The notes beneath the pieces are model-generated. The model had not been told where the DNA came from and did no database searches. It worked only from the letters and a program-made list of their open reading frames with translations. From contig OZ241867.1 of assembly GCA_965203175.1 (NCBI GenBank), forward strand, positions 3,616,001 through 3,680,000: a stretch of DNA of 64,000 nucleotides. Direction: 5' to 3'. The DNA comes from Candidatus Latescibacterota bacterium (GTDB lineage: Bacteria > Latescibacterota > UBA2968 > UBA8231). Positions 38,596 through 48,264 of this stretch are shown here, piece after piece (position 1 is the first letter of the stretch; each line of letters opens with the position of its first letter). The translations under genes were made by a program, and so were the position numbers.

Positions 38596-40737
38596 CTACC
38601 AAGAGAACAGGAAGTTGCCGGTGCGCCCCGTGAAGTAGTCGATGATGAGCCAGAGGCCGAGGGTCAGCATCTGACCGGCGATCATCCCGAGGAAAAACCC
38701 CTGAGTACGGGGGTAGAGGTTGACGCCTCCGCACCGGACGATGATGACCTTGATGAACCAGGCGACGAACACGCTGGTAATGATGTGGGGCATCAGGTCC
38801 ACGGCCGCGACCGGGAAGCCGATCGGGTGGAGAGGCCACCAGGGCAGGCGGTGGCGAGCCCAGTAGAGCAGGGCCATGATGCCACCGCCACCGAATAGGA
38901 AACCGATGCCCGGCCAGTAGATGCCGGTAGGTTCTAGGTTGCGCACAGCGTTGTCGTAGGCGACCGTCGGTCCCATCTTGAAGAACCAATAATCGAGGTT
39001 GACGCCGCCGTAGCGGTAGGCGGCGTGGAAGATCATCCAGAACGAGCCCAGCGTCCCGATCAGCAGGGCGAGGATGAGAGCGAGGAAGACCAGCCGCCGG
39101 CTGCGCGCGTCCATATCCTCGATCAGCTTGAGGGCGTTCGTGCAGGTCGCCATGGCGAATGACCGGACCTCGTCGGCCCAGATGTAGGCCATGGCCATGT
39201 TGAACACGCCGGTGGGACCGACTAGAGATGAACCGAGACCCATGACGACGAAGTCGGGGGCGTTGACGGGCGTCCGCAGCGTCGCCAGCCCGGCTTCGGC
39301 GATGATCCGGGTGATGCCGATAAAGATCATCATGGCTAGGACGATGAAGAAAAGGGAGACCCATAGCGGTGTGCCCATGATCCACAGCCACAAGGTCATG
39401 ACCGCGATCCCCCCGAGGGTGCCGATCACGGCGCTGCGGTAGGAGAGGATCTCGTCCCGATCGTCGACGAGGGGTGCCCGGCCCAGGGCCTTGAGCCAGA
39501 CCGCCTTCAGATGCTCGCGGGCCGTCCACAGCACCACCGCCACCAGGACCAGCAGGGCACCCAGCCCCTCGTAGCCCACTAGGGGTGAGTCGGGGACGCC
39601 GTGGAAGTGCACCTGCTCCGATTTGATCCCGGCAATCGCCAGCGCGCTCTTCTGGAGCCTGCCGAGCAGGTAAAACACCCACACGCTGCCCGATATCCTC
39701 GTGTCGATGAGGTAGGTGAAGCCGGTCAGGGCGAAGTTGACCTTGCCGTCTAGGTACGGTATCGACAGGCGCATGGACACCATGGGAATGGAGGGGTTGT
39801 AGTTCGACATGGCCCTCAGGCTGCCGACGATGAACGGGATGGCCATGCCGATCCACACGGACGGACGCTTGAAGAAGCCGTTCACCAGCCTGTTTTCGTC
39901 CTCGCCGCGTATCATAGCCAAACCGACCTGGGCGATGGGATAGCTCAGCCGCTCCCGCTCCATCCACTGGCGCCGCAGGATCACGGCGATCGAGATCATG
40001 CAGACGTACAGTGCCAGCAGGAAGACAGCCCACCACAGCAACGGCTCGACCCAGGTGCCGTAGGGGATGCTTTGGCCGGGCTCGGAGATGCCCTCGTAGA
40101 ACAGGACGTTCCCAGCGCCGTCGTCGACTAGGATGTCGCGCTCGGGAAAGTGGGGGAAGAGCTTCTCCCGCCACTGGTTCTCCGGCGAGGCGTAGTAGAA
40201 GATGGCGGTGAGGGTGGGCAGGATCAGCTCGGTCAGGCCCATCGTACACACGGCCGAGACCATCGCCAGCATGGCATACACCATGATCAGTTCGGCGCGG
40301 TTGAGGGCTAGGCTGCGACCGGACCAAGCCAGCGGCACGTTGCCGAGGGCGCAGAGCAGCGCGAAGGTGGAGAAGATCAGCCCGGGCGAATGCACATCGA
40401 CGTCGTTCAGGGGCCAGTAGGAGTAGAGCCAGGCAGCCCCCACCGCCAGGGCAAAAGCGAGGGCTATTTCCCTGCTGCGTGCGGCCAGCTTGAAGGCTAG
40501 GTTGAGTAAGCCGATCAGCACGACGAAGACGAAGATGGCCCCCGGGGTGCTGATGTCGGCGGCCACGTAGGCGCCCTTGATGACCATGTTGCTGTAGGGG
40601 GCGCTGATGGCGAGGAAGAAGCTCAGGCAGCCCCCCACGAAGAACCCCCGCCACGTCAGGCGGTGGCGCGATTCGAGGAGGGGCTCGGAGCGCGACCGCA
40701 GGTACTGGCGGTAGAGCAGGGGGATTTTCTCTTTCAC
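38596..40737 (-). CDS. Polytopic inner-membrane protein, DUF6785/DUF6784-like (putative OPT-like peptide/solute transporter)
   Basis: Many TM helices; ELIMVY, ILRRQWMERERLSYPIAQV, RIIAEAGL, WWPLHPIGF, FFLGMIAG motifs. Confidence 0.8.
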   Translation of the reverse strand: MKEKIPLLYRQYLRSRSEPLLESRHRLTWRGFFVGGCLSFFLAISAPYSNMVIKGAYVAADISTPGAIFVFVVLIGLLNLAFKLAARSREIALAFALAVGAAWLYSYWPLNDVDVHSPGLIFSTFALLCALGNVPLAWSGRSLALNRAELIMVYAMLAMVSAVCTMGLTELILPTLTAIFYYASPENQWREKLFPHFPERDILVDDGAGNVLFYEGISEPGQSIPYGTWVEPLLWWAVFLLALYVCMISIAVILRRQWMERERLSYPIAQVGLAMIRGEDENRLVNGFFKRPSVWIGMAIPFIVGSLRAMSNYNPSIPMVSMRLSIPYLDGKVNFALTGFTYLIDTRISGSVWVFYLLGRLQKSALAIAGIKSEQVHFHGVPDSPLVGYEGLGALLVLVAVVLWTAREHLKAVWLKALGRAPLVDDRDEILSYRSAVIGTLGGIAVMTLWLWIMGTPLWVSLFFIVLAMMIFIGITRIIAEAGLATLRTPVNAPDFVVMGLGSSLVGPTGVFNMAMAYIWADEVRSFAMATCTNALKLIEDMDARSRRLVFLALILALLIGTLGSFWMIFHAAYRYGGVNLDYWFFKMGPTVAYDNAVRNLEPTGIYWPGIGFLFGGGGIMALLYWARHRLPWWPLHPIGFPVAAVDLMPHIITSVFVAWFIKVIIVRCGGVNLYPRTQGFFLGMIAGQMLTLGLWLIIDYFTGRTGNFLFSW

Positions 40738-40843
40738 GGGAGGCGCGTCAGTGGGTGAGGGCGGAGACCGGCCTCCCGCCCGAACGGACCCGAGGTTGGA
40801 GCGATGATGGCGACGCGCTTGCGATCCGCCTTGGTTGATCGCA

Positions 40844-42538
40844 TCACTGTTCCTCTTGTACCAAGGTTCTCAGGTTCTCTTCGTAGATCTTGACCTGGGG
40901 CTTGTACTGGTGCCGCAGTTCGCCTAGGTACCGGAAGAAGGCCGCATCGCGCTTCCGACGCAGGACTATGGCCCGGGCTCGAGGCGCGACCTCGGCGAAG
41001 GGCTTGGGGCCGGCTCCGAAGGTCGACTCGACGACCCTGAACACGGAATAGTAGCGGTCTGCTGACGCCGTACCGCCGGGGGTTACCGGCACTTCCACTT
41101 CGATGGGACCTAGTAGGTCGCCCGGCGCGGCTCCCTGTGCGGCTTCGAACAGGGCTTCGTGCGCTTCTCTCTGGTACTCATGGAGGTGGAATCGCCCGCT
41201 GTCTGGTATGGTCATGCGCCGCAGGGTGTGCTGCTGTGCCAGGACCCGCAGATCCTCACCGCGCTCAATCCGGTCCCGGAGCGATACTGCTTCTTCGCGC
41301 GTTGCGACCAGGATTTCGTCCAGCGTCAGGGCCTCTTGGGGGACGAAGCTCTGGAGATTCTGGGCATAGAAGCGCCGCGCCTCGTCCTCGTCCACCTGGA
41401 CGTCGCCCGTCACTTGCTTCCTGATGACCGCCAGCAGGCGTTCATGCTCCCTGGCTTGGTGCCAGGCGGCCATCTCCGGCTCGCGGTCGATTCCGGCATT
41501 GCGAGCGGCCTGCACGGCGAGCGCGCGGGGAACTAGGACGGACTCCGCAAACCAGCGCACCTGCTTTTGCACATCTCCCGAGAACTCCCGGTAGTTCTCC
41601 CGGGCCGAGTCCACGAACTCTCCCACCGTAATGGTGCCGTTGTCGAACTCGTAGAGTACTGTGCCGCGCTCCGCTTCGGAAAACGCGTGTCCCTCGCTCT
41701 CCAGACGCGTGATGAGAAGCTCAAAACCGTCTTCTCGGGGACGCAGGTTCAGAACTTCCAGCAGTTCTCGGCCAAGCTCTATGGATCGCAGGCGGGCCTT
41801 CTCCCGGTGGAGTTCGGCCCTCACCAGACTTCGCACTCGTTCGAGGGGAACGGGAACCTCGTCCACGACCTTGAACACGCCGTAGGTGCCGTCCGACAGG
41901 GGTATGGGTTCGGAGATCTGGCCCTTCGCGAGCGGAAAGACCTTTTCCCGCATGATGGGCTCGGGCATCTGGTCCTTGGTGGCGGGGTGCCCGGTGAACC
42001 GGCCGCCCCGCTCCGCGGTCGGGCGGTGGGTCGAGCGCTGCCGCGCCAACTCCCCGAAGTCGGCACCGCCCTGCAACAGGCGCACGATCTCCTCGGCTTC
42101 TTCTCTGCTCTCGACCTCGATCTTGCCCCCGATGATCGCGCGGTTCCGTCCGGTCTTCAGGTAGTGGTCGCGGATTTCCCGCTCTTCGACCTCGACCTTC
42201 GCGTTCACTTCCCGGGCAAAGAACTCGTTGACCAGCCGTTCGGTCCATTCGCGCTCCAGCTTGCGGCGCATGTCGGGGTCGCGGTCCCATCCCCGCGCTG
42301 CCGCTTCCCGAATGAGGATCTCCTTGTCGATCAGGGCCTGCAGATGCTGCCGTCGGCCTTCGATGCCCGCCTCCTTGGCTCTCAGGCTTTCCGCCAAGTG
42401 CTCTTCGAAGCGGCGCAACTGCGCTGCGTGAATGCGGGTGTCTCCCACCTCGGCCAGCACCGGCCCCTCCTCTCCTGCGCAACCCAACAGGAAGGTGCCC
42501 AGCACCAGGGCCAGCGGCATTGCCGCGCGTTTCATCAC
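40844..42538 (-). CDS. Parvulin/PrsA-SurA-like peptidyl-prolyl isomerase lipoprotein with two PpiC-like domains
   Basis: Lipobox LLGC, VLAEVGD, LIDKEILIREA, GADFGELARQRS, GQISEPI; second domain EILVATREEA...GEDLRVLAQQHT. Confidence 0.88.
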   Translation of the reverse strand: MMKRAAMPLALVLGTFLLGCAGEEGPVLAEVGDTRIHAAQLRRFEEHLAESLRAKEAGIEGRRQHLQALIDKEILIREAAARGWDRDPDMRRKLEREWTERLVNEFFAREVNAKVEVEEREIRDHYLKTGRNRAIIGGKIEVESREEAEEIVRLLQGGADFGELARQRSTHRPTAERGGRFTGHPATKDQMPEPIMREKVFPLAKGQISEPIPLSDGTYGVFKVVDEVPVPLERVRSLVRAELHREKARLRSIELGRELLEVLNLRPREDGFELLITRLESEGHAFSEAERGTVLYEFDNGTITVGEFVDSARENYREFSGDVQKQVRWFAESVLVPRALAVQAARNAGIDREPEMAAWHQAREHERLLAVIRKQVTGDVQVDEDEARRFYAQNLQSFVPQEALTLDEILVATREEAVSLRDRIERGEDLRVLAQQHTLRRMTIPDSGRFHLHEYQREAHEALFEAAQGAAPGDLLGPIEVEVPVTPGGTASADRYYSVFRVVESTFGAGPKPFAEVAPRARAIVLRRKRDAAFFRYLGELRHQYKPQVKIYEENLRTLVQEEQ

Positions 42539-45426
42539 TCCCTCAAACCTCCGTATACGGTGAAGTAAGTCAGGCCGCTCGTGTCCGTCCGGCCTTTGTG
42601 GACGAAGATGTCGATCTTCCGCCTGTCCACCCGAATCCCCAAGGTAGCCATCAGCCGATAGCCCGCGTAATTGCTCGCATTGGTCAGCTGCAGGGCGACG
42701 GAGAGTTCGTTGAAATCGCCGGTGGGATCGCCCGGATTCAGGCCGGCGAGGGGGTCGTCATCGAAGGCCACCTCCCGTTGGGCGAAGTCGCGGAAGATAA
42801 CCTGCTCTAGGCCGACGATTACCCTGCTGTGTCTCAATACTGGGATGTCCAGTCGCAGGGAGGCCAAGCCGGCCCACTCCTTGCGCTCGAACACCCGGTC
42901 GTTCAGGAGCCATTCGGTGTTGAACGGGGTATCGTCTAGGAACAGCTCGTGTTTGACGCGCGGACGGAGTTGGATTCCATTGCGCAGAGGCCAACGCCAG
43001 TCCAGCTTGTTGATCAAACCGAGCCGCCGAGTGTGCTGCGAGATCTTCCGGCCCGTCTGGTCCGCGGTGAGCTTCTCTCGTTGCCGCAGCACCTCATAGA
43101 TCAGCTTGTTCTCGGAGTTGATGCCGGCATGGCCCCGGCGCTCGAAGGTTAGGGACAGCTTGTTGACCCAAGTATTCGGCATGCCCAGCGGATCCGGGAT
43201 CGGGGTCATGCCCGCGTCCCTGAACCTTCCGTGCAGCCATTGGAAGAGGTCGTCGGCGATGTCGTCCTCGACCCGCTTCAACATGTTATAGACCGTCAAC
43301 TCGCCCACGTTGGGATAACTGCGCTCGAACGCGAAAAGGGTATAGCTGCTCACGTTGGTCTCGCCGGTTGAGGGACGGCGCACCCGCTGGTGGCCCGCGG
43401 TGATCTTGGCGCTTGGCACGATCCACGCACTGCCGTACACGTTGAATCCGCGGCGGTCGCGCTTGTACGGGTAGTCAGGTTCGTTGTCGTTCTCGAAACG
43501 GTCGCCCCAGCCGTTGTTGTTCATGTCGAGGCCGAAGAGATACTCGGGCCGGTCCACGCTGTAGCGCAGGAAAGGCTCGGCGTAGTCGGGCACATTGTTG
43601 GGCCGCACCCGGGTGTTGTTCTGGTTGAAATCGGAGATGAAATCGTTGTTCTCGTCGAGGCCGGGAAAAACCGCCTCGTCCGCGTACCCCTCGAACCCGC
43701 GCTGGATGCCGGTGCCCCGTTCCTCTTGGGTGCGGCCGTCGTCGAATATGCGCTGCTGGTCGTTCTTGCGGTCGTTGTCGTCGTTGTCGTCGACGAAGTC
43801 GTAGAGGTAGCGGGAATTGGCCAGCGGTGTGTCCGCGTAGTTGACCCGGCCCGCCGAGTCTATGAACCGCATGGTGGTCGAGTATGCGGCGTCCATGCCG
43901 AAGGCCTCGCCGAAGAGGTAGTACGGATGGAAATCCCTGGCCACGTTGACCATCCACCCTGCGGCGGAGGGATTTCCCCGAATGCCCGATGAGGTGGTGT
44001 GGGTGGTACGGCTCACGTCGGGGTACTTGCGGTACTGGTGGTTCACGTTGAACTCGCCGTAGAGCCTGAACCCGGCCAGATTCTCGGCCTCGACCGTAAA
44101 GCCGAGGACCTGGGTGGCAGTGGGCAGTCCGTAGTCAAAGACCACGGTGCCGAGGTTGGAATGGTCCTGCACATTTCCCTCAGCCCGCACCATGGTCCTG
44201 AACACCGGGCGCGGTTCGTAGAGGGCGTTGTCGGTCTGCTGGTCGGAAGTGACTTCGACCTTGTAGTCATTGCTGAGGATCATCCGGAATCGGACCTTGC
44301 TGATGTTGTTGATCACATCGGCTAGGGGCACCACCGTTTCCAGATCGTCGAGGATCGCCGGGTCCGGATCCGCCAGCACGTAGTCCAGTCGAATCCGTGC
44401 CAGTTCGCCACCGCCTTCGGCTGCTAGGAAGCCATCCCGAGAGACGCCTCCCGAAACCCTCGGATGGAAGCCGATCTGGCTGCCCACCAGCACCGTGTCC
44501 AGTTCTCCTACCCGGGTCGTAATCTCGATATCGTGGGCGAAGAGGGCGGGACCTGACTCGCCGTCTTCTGGGGAATCGTCGATAATCCGCACGGTGATCC
44601 GGTTGATGCGCGCGCCCGCCTGGTGGGAGCTCAGCCTGCCGGTGTATGGACTCCCGTCGAAGGGCTTGGTCGAGCTCCGCGCGTTGTGCGCGTTCACAAA
44701 GGTTCCGCCGAGGCGCGCGAAGTCGGCCACGTTCCAGACGGCCCGGAGACCGACGAGCGTGGTGAATTCGTCGATGAAACTGGACCTTGGCTCGACCAGC
44801 GGGACATTGATTCTGGACATGAGGGCCGTGGCCGAGCCGCGATCCGACATGTAGTCGAACTGGACCCCGTTGAAGGCCGTCTTGCGCAAGGTCATGGGCG
44901 TCAGGGTCGTGCTGATCTCGTCGCCGATGCTCACCCGGAAATGGTGCTGCCCTTTGGCGTCTGCAGAGACTACGAGGGAGCTGAGAAGGTTCTTGTAATC
45001 TTCGGTCTTGTGGAGCAGATTCCCCTCAGAGGTCCGGGGCCGGCTCTGTTGCCAGTCGTAGATCAGCCAGCCTCGGGTCAGGAGCCTGCCGTAAAGATCG
45101 TAGTGATAGTCGCCCTCCTGATCGGTGGCTAGGTAACGCGAATAGCGCTCGAAGGCGTAGTTGGTCGCCTCCCACTGCCAGCGGTATTGGTTGGCGACCT
45201 CCTGGGGCATGTACCATTTCTTGAGGGAAGGATCGAAGGTGTCCGTGCGCATGCTGGGACCCGCCGGGTAGTAGCTCACCCGGCCGCCTTCGCGGATTCC
45301 GAGGCGATTTCCGTAGTCCGACTGGGGCGAGCCGGGCTCGGCACCCAACGCGACTGCGAGGCCGACGAGGATTAGGGTTCGGGACCCGGATTGCACGGTG
45401 TGCACTTGGGGGGACTTGTTCATCAC
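42535..45426 (-). CDS. Large exported protein, putative outer-membrane beta-barrel with Asp/Asn-rich Ca-binding-like repeats (paralog B)
   Basis: Signal peptide; DDNDDNDR, PGLDENNDFISDFNQN, GLDMNNNGWGDRFEND; amphipathic beta strands ending YFTVYGGLRE; collinear with 45423-48257. Confidence 0.75.
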   Translation of the reverse strand: MMNKSPQVHTVQSGSRTLILVGLAVALGAEPGSPQSDYGNRLGIREGGRVSYYPAGPSMRTDTFDPSLKKWYMPQEVANQYRWQWEATNYAFERYSRYLATDQEGDYHYDLYGRLLTRGWLIYDWQQSRPRTSEGNLLHKTEDYKNLLSSLVVSADAKGQHHFRVSIGDEISTTLTPMTLRKTAFNGVQFDYMSDRGSATALMSRINVPLVEPRSSFIDEFTTLVGLRAVWNVADFARLGGTFVNAHNARSSTKPFDGSPYTGRLSSHQAGARINRITVRIIDDSPEDGESGPALFAHDIEITTRVGELDTVLVGSQIGFHPRVSGGVSRDGFLAAEGGGELARIRLDYVLADPDPAILDDLETVVPLADVINNISKVRFRMILSNDYKVEVTSDQQTDNALYEPRPVFRTMVRAEGNVQDHSNLGTVVFDYGLPTATQVLGFTVEAENLAGFRLYGEFNVNHQYRKYPDVSRTTHTTSSGIRGNPSAAGWMVNVARDFHPYYLFGEAFGMDAAYSTTMRFIDSAGRVNYADTPLANSRYLYDFVDDNDDNDRKNDQQRIFDDGRTQEERGTGIQRGFEGYADEAVFPGLDENNDFISDFNQNNTRVRPNNVPDYAEPFLRYSVDRPEYLFGLDMNNNGWGDRFENDNEPDYPYKRDRRGFNVYGSAWIVPSAKITAGHQRVRRPSTGETNVSSYTLFAFERSYPNVGELTVYNMLKRVEDDIADDLFQWLHGRFRDAGMTPIPDPLGMPNTWVNKLSLTFERRGHAGINSENKLIYEVLRQREKLTADQTGRKISQHTRRLGLINKLDWRWPLRNGIQLRPRVKHELFLDDTPFNTEWLLNDRVFERKEWAGLASLRLDIPVLRHSRVIVGLEQVIFRDFAQREVAFDDDPLAGLNPGDPTGDFNELSVALQLTNASNYAGYRLMATLGIRVDRRKIDIFVHKGRTDTSGLTYFTVYGGLRE

Positions 45427-48257
45427 AGTCCAGCATACACGGTTATGAAGGTGGTGCTCAATTCGCGGCCCCGGTCTTCCTGCACCGACTCTCCTTGGTT
45501 ACCGGCGGCGATGAACTCGTCCCAGACCCGGGTGTACATGATGCCGAATTTGGTGGTCAGGGTGTAGCCTTGGTATTCCCGGACGTTGGACCACTGGGCG
45601 GCCAGCACTAGGTTGCGGGAATCACCCGTGGCCCCCACTCGGTTGGCGGCGAGGGCCTCCTTCTCGTCCAGCATCAGATCCGCAACCCGGTGGTACTCCA
45701 GCCCGGCCTCGAGAGACGACGCTTTCAACATGGGATGCCGCAGCAGCAGGATGCCCGTTCCCGTCCACTCTTGGCGCTCGTCACCGCCCAAGATGAACGG
45801 CGTCTGGTTCAGGTACTCGCTCTTGATCTTGGGTTGGACCTCTAGGCCGCCGACGCGGTAGGTGTAATCCGCTTTGTTGATGAGCCCGAAGAAGTGAGTG
45901 CGATCCTCGAGTACGGGGCCGACGCCCCGCTCGTGGGCATCTCCCTGCTGAGCATACAGGTCGTACTTGATCTTGGTAAGCGTCTTCAGTTTGCTGACCG
46001 GGCGATAATCCAGTTCCAGATAAGTCGAGTTCACCCAGGTGTCGCGGGCCGGGAGCACGTCCTCGATGTTGATTAGGTTGCCGGCGGTCAGACCGAGGTA
46101 AGGAGTCATCTCCCGGCGGTCGTCGGGTATGGTGTCCCTGGTCCGCTTGAGCATGTCGTAGACCCGAACCGCTCCGAACCGGGGATCGTCGCGGGTGAAG
46201 ATGACCAGCCCGTAGGTCGTGTGGTTCTTGCGATTGGAAGACAACGAGTTGACCCCCAAGCGCCCTAGGGCAATCCTGATGTCGGGCGTCAGGAAAGCGC
46301 CGCCGTACACGTTGTACCCCCGCTGGTCCGCCTTGTAGGGATAGTCGGCCAAATCGTCGTTCTCGAAGCGGTCCACCCAGTTGTTGTTGTTCAGGTCGAT
46401 GCCGAAGAGGAACTCGGGCCGGTCCGAATGGAAGCGGAAGAAGGGCTCCTCGTAGTCGGGAATGCGATTCGACAGAATGGCGCTGTCGTTCTGATTGAAG
46501 TCCGACACGAAGTCGTTGTTCTCGTCCCATCCCGGGAACACGTTGGCATCGCCGGAGCCTTGCTCAAACCGAGCCCAGTCGGGAAACCGGTCCTGGTCGT
46601 CATTGTCCTCGACGAACTCGTAGAGGTGTCGGGACGAATGGTCGTAGAGGATGTCCCCCTGGCTGTCTACGAGGTACGCCGTAGTAGAGTAGTCGGGGTT
46701 CGTGCTGAAGGCCTCGCCGAAGGCGAAGAACGGATAGGCCACCTTCGACACATTGACCATCCACGCCTCTGCCTCTCTGGAATAGCTGGACAGGGCGCGG
46801 TCTGCTTGGGCCAAGCTGGGGTTGGGGAACTGGTGGTAGGACCGGCTGATGGCCAGTTCGGCGTAGGCATCAAACCCCATCACATCCTTGACGTCTGCGG
46901 TGAATCCGTAAACCATGTTCGCCGTGGGCAAGCCGTATTCGAAGACGAGCCGGGTCTGGTTGGAGTTGTCCGGCACATTGCCTGCGGCCCGGGCCACTTC
47001 GAAGAGCGCCGGTGCCAGTTCGTCGATATCCTCGCCGCTGAGCGGCAGGTTGGGCATGGAGCGCAATCCAGTCTGACGGTCGGACCATACTTGGATGCGG
47101 TAGTCGTTGGCCACCACCAGATCGAAGGTGATCTTTGTGATGGTGTTCGGACGCGGCCCGATGTAGGCGATGTCGGTGAAGTCGTAACTGATTACGATCT
47201 TCTCGTCCCCGTCCGCGCTCTGGTAGCCCTCGTGGTGGAATCCGCCGCTGACTACGGGCCACTTGGCCGGATCGGTCACCATCGCCTGCTGGCGGATCTC
47301 CTCCCGCCTCCCGGTGGCCGGATCCTCCGTGGTTACGATGATCTCGTGCGAGAACAGGGCCGCGCCGGCCACGCCGTCCTCCGGTGAATCGTCGCTCAGA
47401 ACGAGGGCCAGGCCGCGCACCGGGACCGCCCCCTGGTTGGCCGCCAGCGTGCCCTTGAGCGGGTTCCGCTCGAAGGCGTCCTCAAAGGTCTGGGAGTTGT
47501 GGGCGTTGACCAGAGTCGCCCCCACTTGCACGAAGTCCCCAACCTCGGCGACGACCCGCCCTCCCATTAGGTTGGTGCCATTGGTCGTCGTTACGGGTGC
47601 GTTCCTAGGCGTAGTACCTGCGACGGCAGAGCTGATCCGGGAAAAGAGCAGCGTGCCGCGGTACTTGTCCGAGGCGAAGTCCATCTGTATGCCGTTGAAG
47701 TTGGGTTTGGAGAAGGTGAGCGGCGTCAACGCCGTTCTGATCTGATTCCCGGCCGTTATGGCATAGTAAAACTGGCCCTTGGAATCCGAACTCACCAGGA
47801 CGCTGTTGAACCAGCCGGCGAACCTGGGATCCTTGTAGAGCGAGGAACCGAACTGCCCGGGCTGGTTCTGGTTCCAATCGTAGACCAGCCACCCCCGGGT
47901 CAGGTAGTTGCCGTATAGATCGTAGAAGGGGTCGCCCTCGCGGTCGGTGTTTACGTACCGCTGGTACTGTTCGCGGGCATAGTTGGAGTACTCCCACTGC
48001 TGCCAGCCGTACAGCTCGTACAGCTCCTGTGGCACGTACCACTTCTTGAGGGCCGGATCCAGGGCGTCGAAGATGACCCCAGGTCCTCTCGGTGCATAGG
48101 TTATATCCCGCCCTCGACGCTGTCCGAGACGCCGGTCGGAGGACTGACCGCACACCTCGGATACCTGCATCGTGGCGATGAGCGCGAACGCGCTCAGTAC
48201 TCCCGCCGCCTTGCCGGTCGTCAACATGAAGAGGCCCTCTCTCGGTGAAATCGCCAA
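45423..48257 (-). CDS. Large exported protein, putative outer-membrane beta-barrel with Ca-binding-like repeats (paralog A; start may be ~48227)
   Basis: Signal peptide; DPALKKWYVPQE, YDLYGNYLTRGWLVYDW, DDSPEDG, EDNDDQDRFPD, PGWDENNDFVSDFNQND; ends FITVYAGL. Confidence 0.75.
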   Translation of the reverse strand: MAISPREGLFMLTTGKAAGVLSAFALIATMQVSEVCGQSSDRRLGQRRGRDITYAPRGPGVIFDALDPALKKWYVPQELYELYGWQQWEYSNYAREQYQRYVNTDREGDPFYDLYGNYLTRGWLVYDWNQNQPGQFGSSLYKDPRFAGWFNSVLVSSDSKGQFYYAITAGNQIRTALTPLTFSKPNFNGIQMDFASDKYRGTLLFSRISSAVAGTTPRNAPVTTTNGTNLMGGRVVAEVGDFVQVGATLVNAHNSQTFEDAFERNPLKGTLAANQGAVPVRGLALVLSDDSPEDGVAGAALFSHEIIVTTEDPATGRREEIRQQAMVTDPAKWPVVSGGFHHEGYQSADGDEKIVISYDFTDIAYIGPRPNTITKITFDLVVANDYRIQVWSDRQTGLRSMPNLPLSGEDIDELAPALFEVARAAGNVPDNSNQTRLVFEYGLPTANMVYGFTADVKDVMGFDAYAELAISRSYHQFPNPSLAQADRALSSYSREAEAWMVNVSKVAYPFFAFGEAFSTNPDYSTTAYLVDSQGDILYDHSSRHLYEFVEDNDDQDRFPDWARFEQGSGDANVFPGWDENNDFVSDFNQNDSAILSNRIPDYEEPFFRFHSDRPEFLFGIDLNNNNWVDRFENDDLADYPYKADQRGYNVYGGAFLTPDIRIALGRLGVNSLSSNRKNHTTYGLVIFTRDDPRFGAVRVYDMLKRTRDTIPDDRREMTPYLGLTAGNLINIEDVLPARDTWVNSTYLELDYRPVSKLKTLTKIKYDLYAQQGDAHERGVGPVLEDRTHFFGLINKADYTYRVGGLEVQPKIKSEYLNQTPFILGGDERQEWTGTGILLLRHPMLKASSLEAGLEYHRVADLMLDEKEALAANRVGATGDSRNLVLAAQWSNVREYQGYTLTTKFGIMYTRVWDEFIAAGNQGESVQEDRGRELSTTFITVYAGL

Positions 48258-48264
48258 ACCAGGT

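Noticed and set aside
38537-40654. 705-aa alternative-frame ORF over the permease
   Set aside because: Arg/Pro/Gly-rich composition typical of off-frame reading of hydrophobic GC-rich genes
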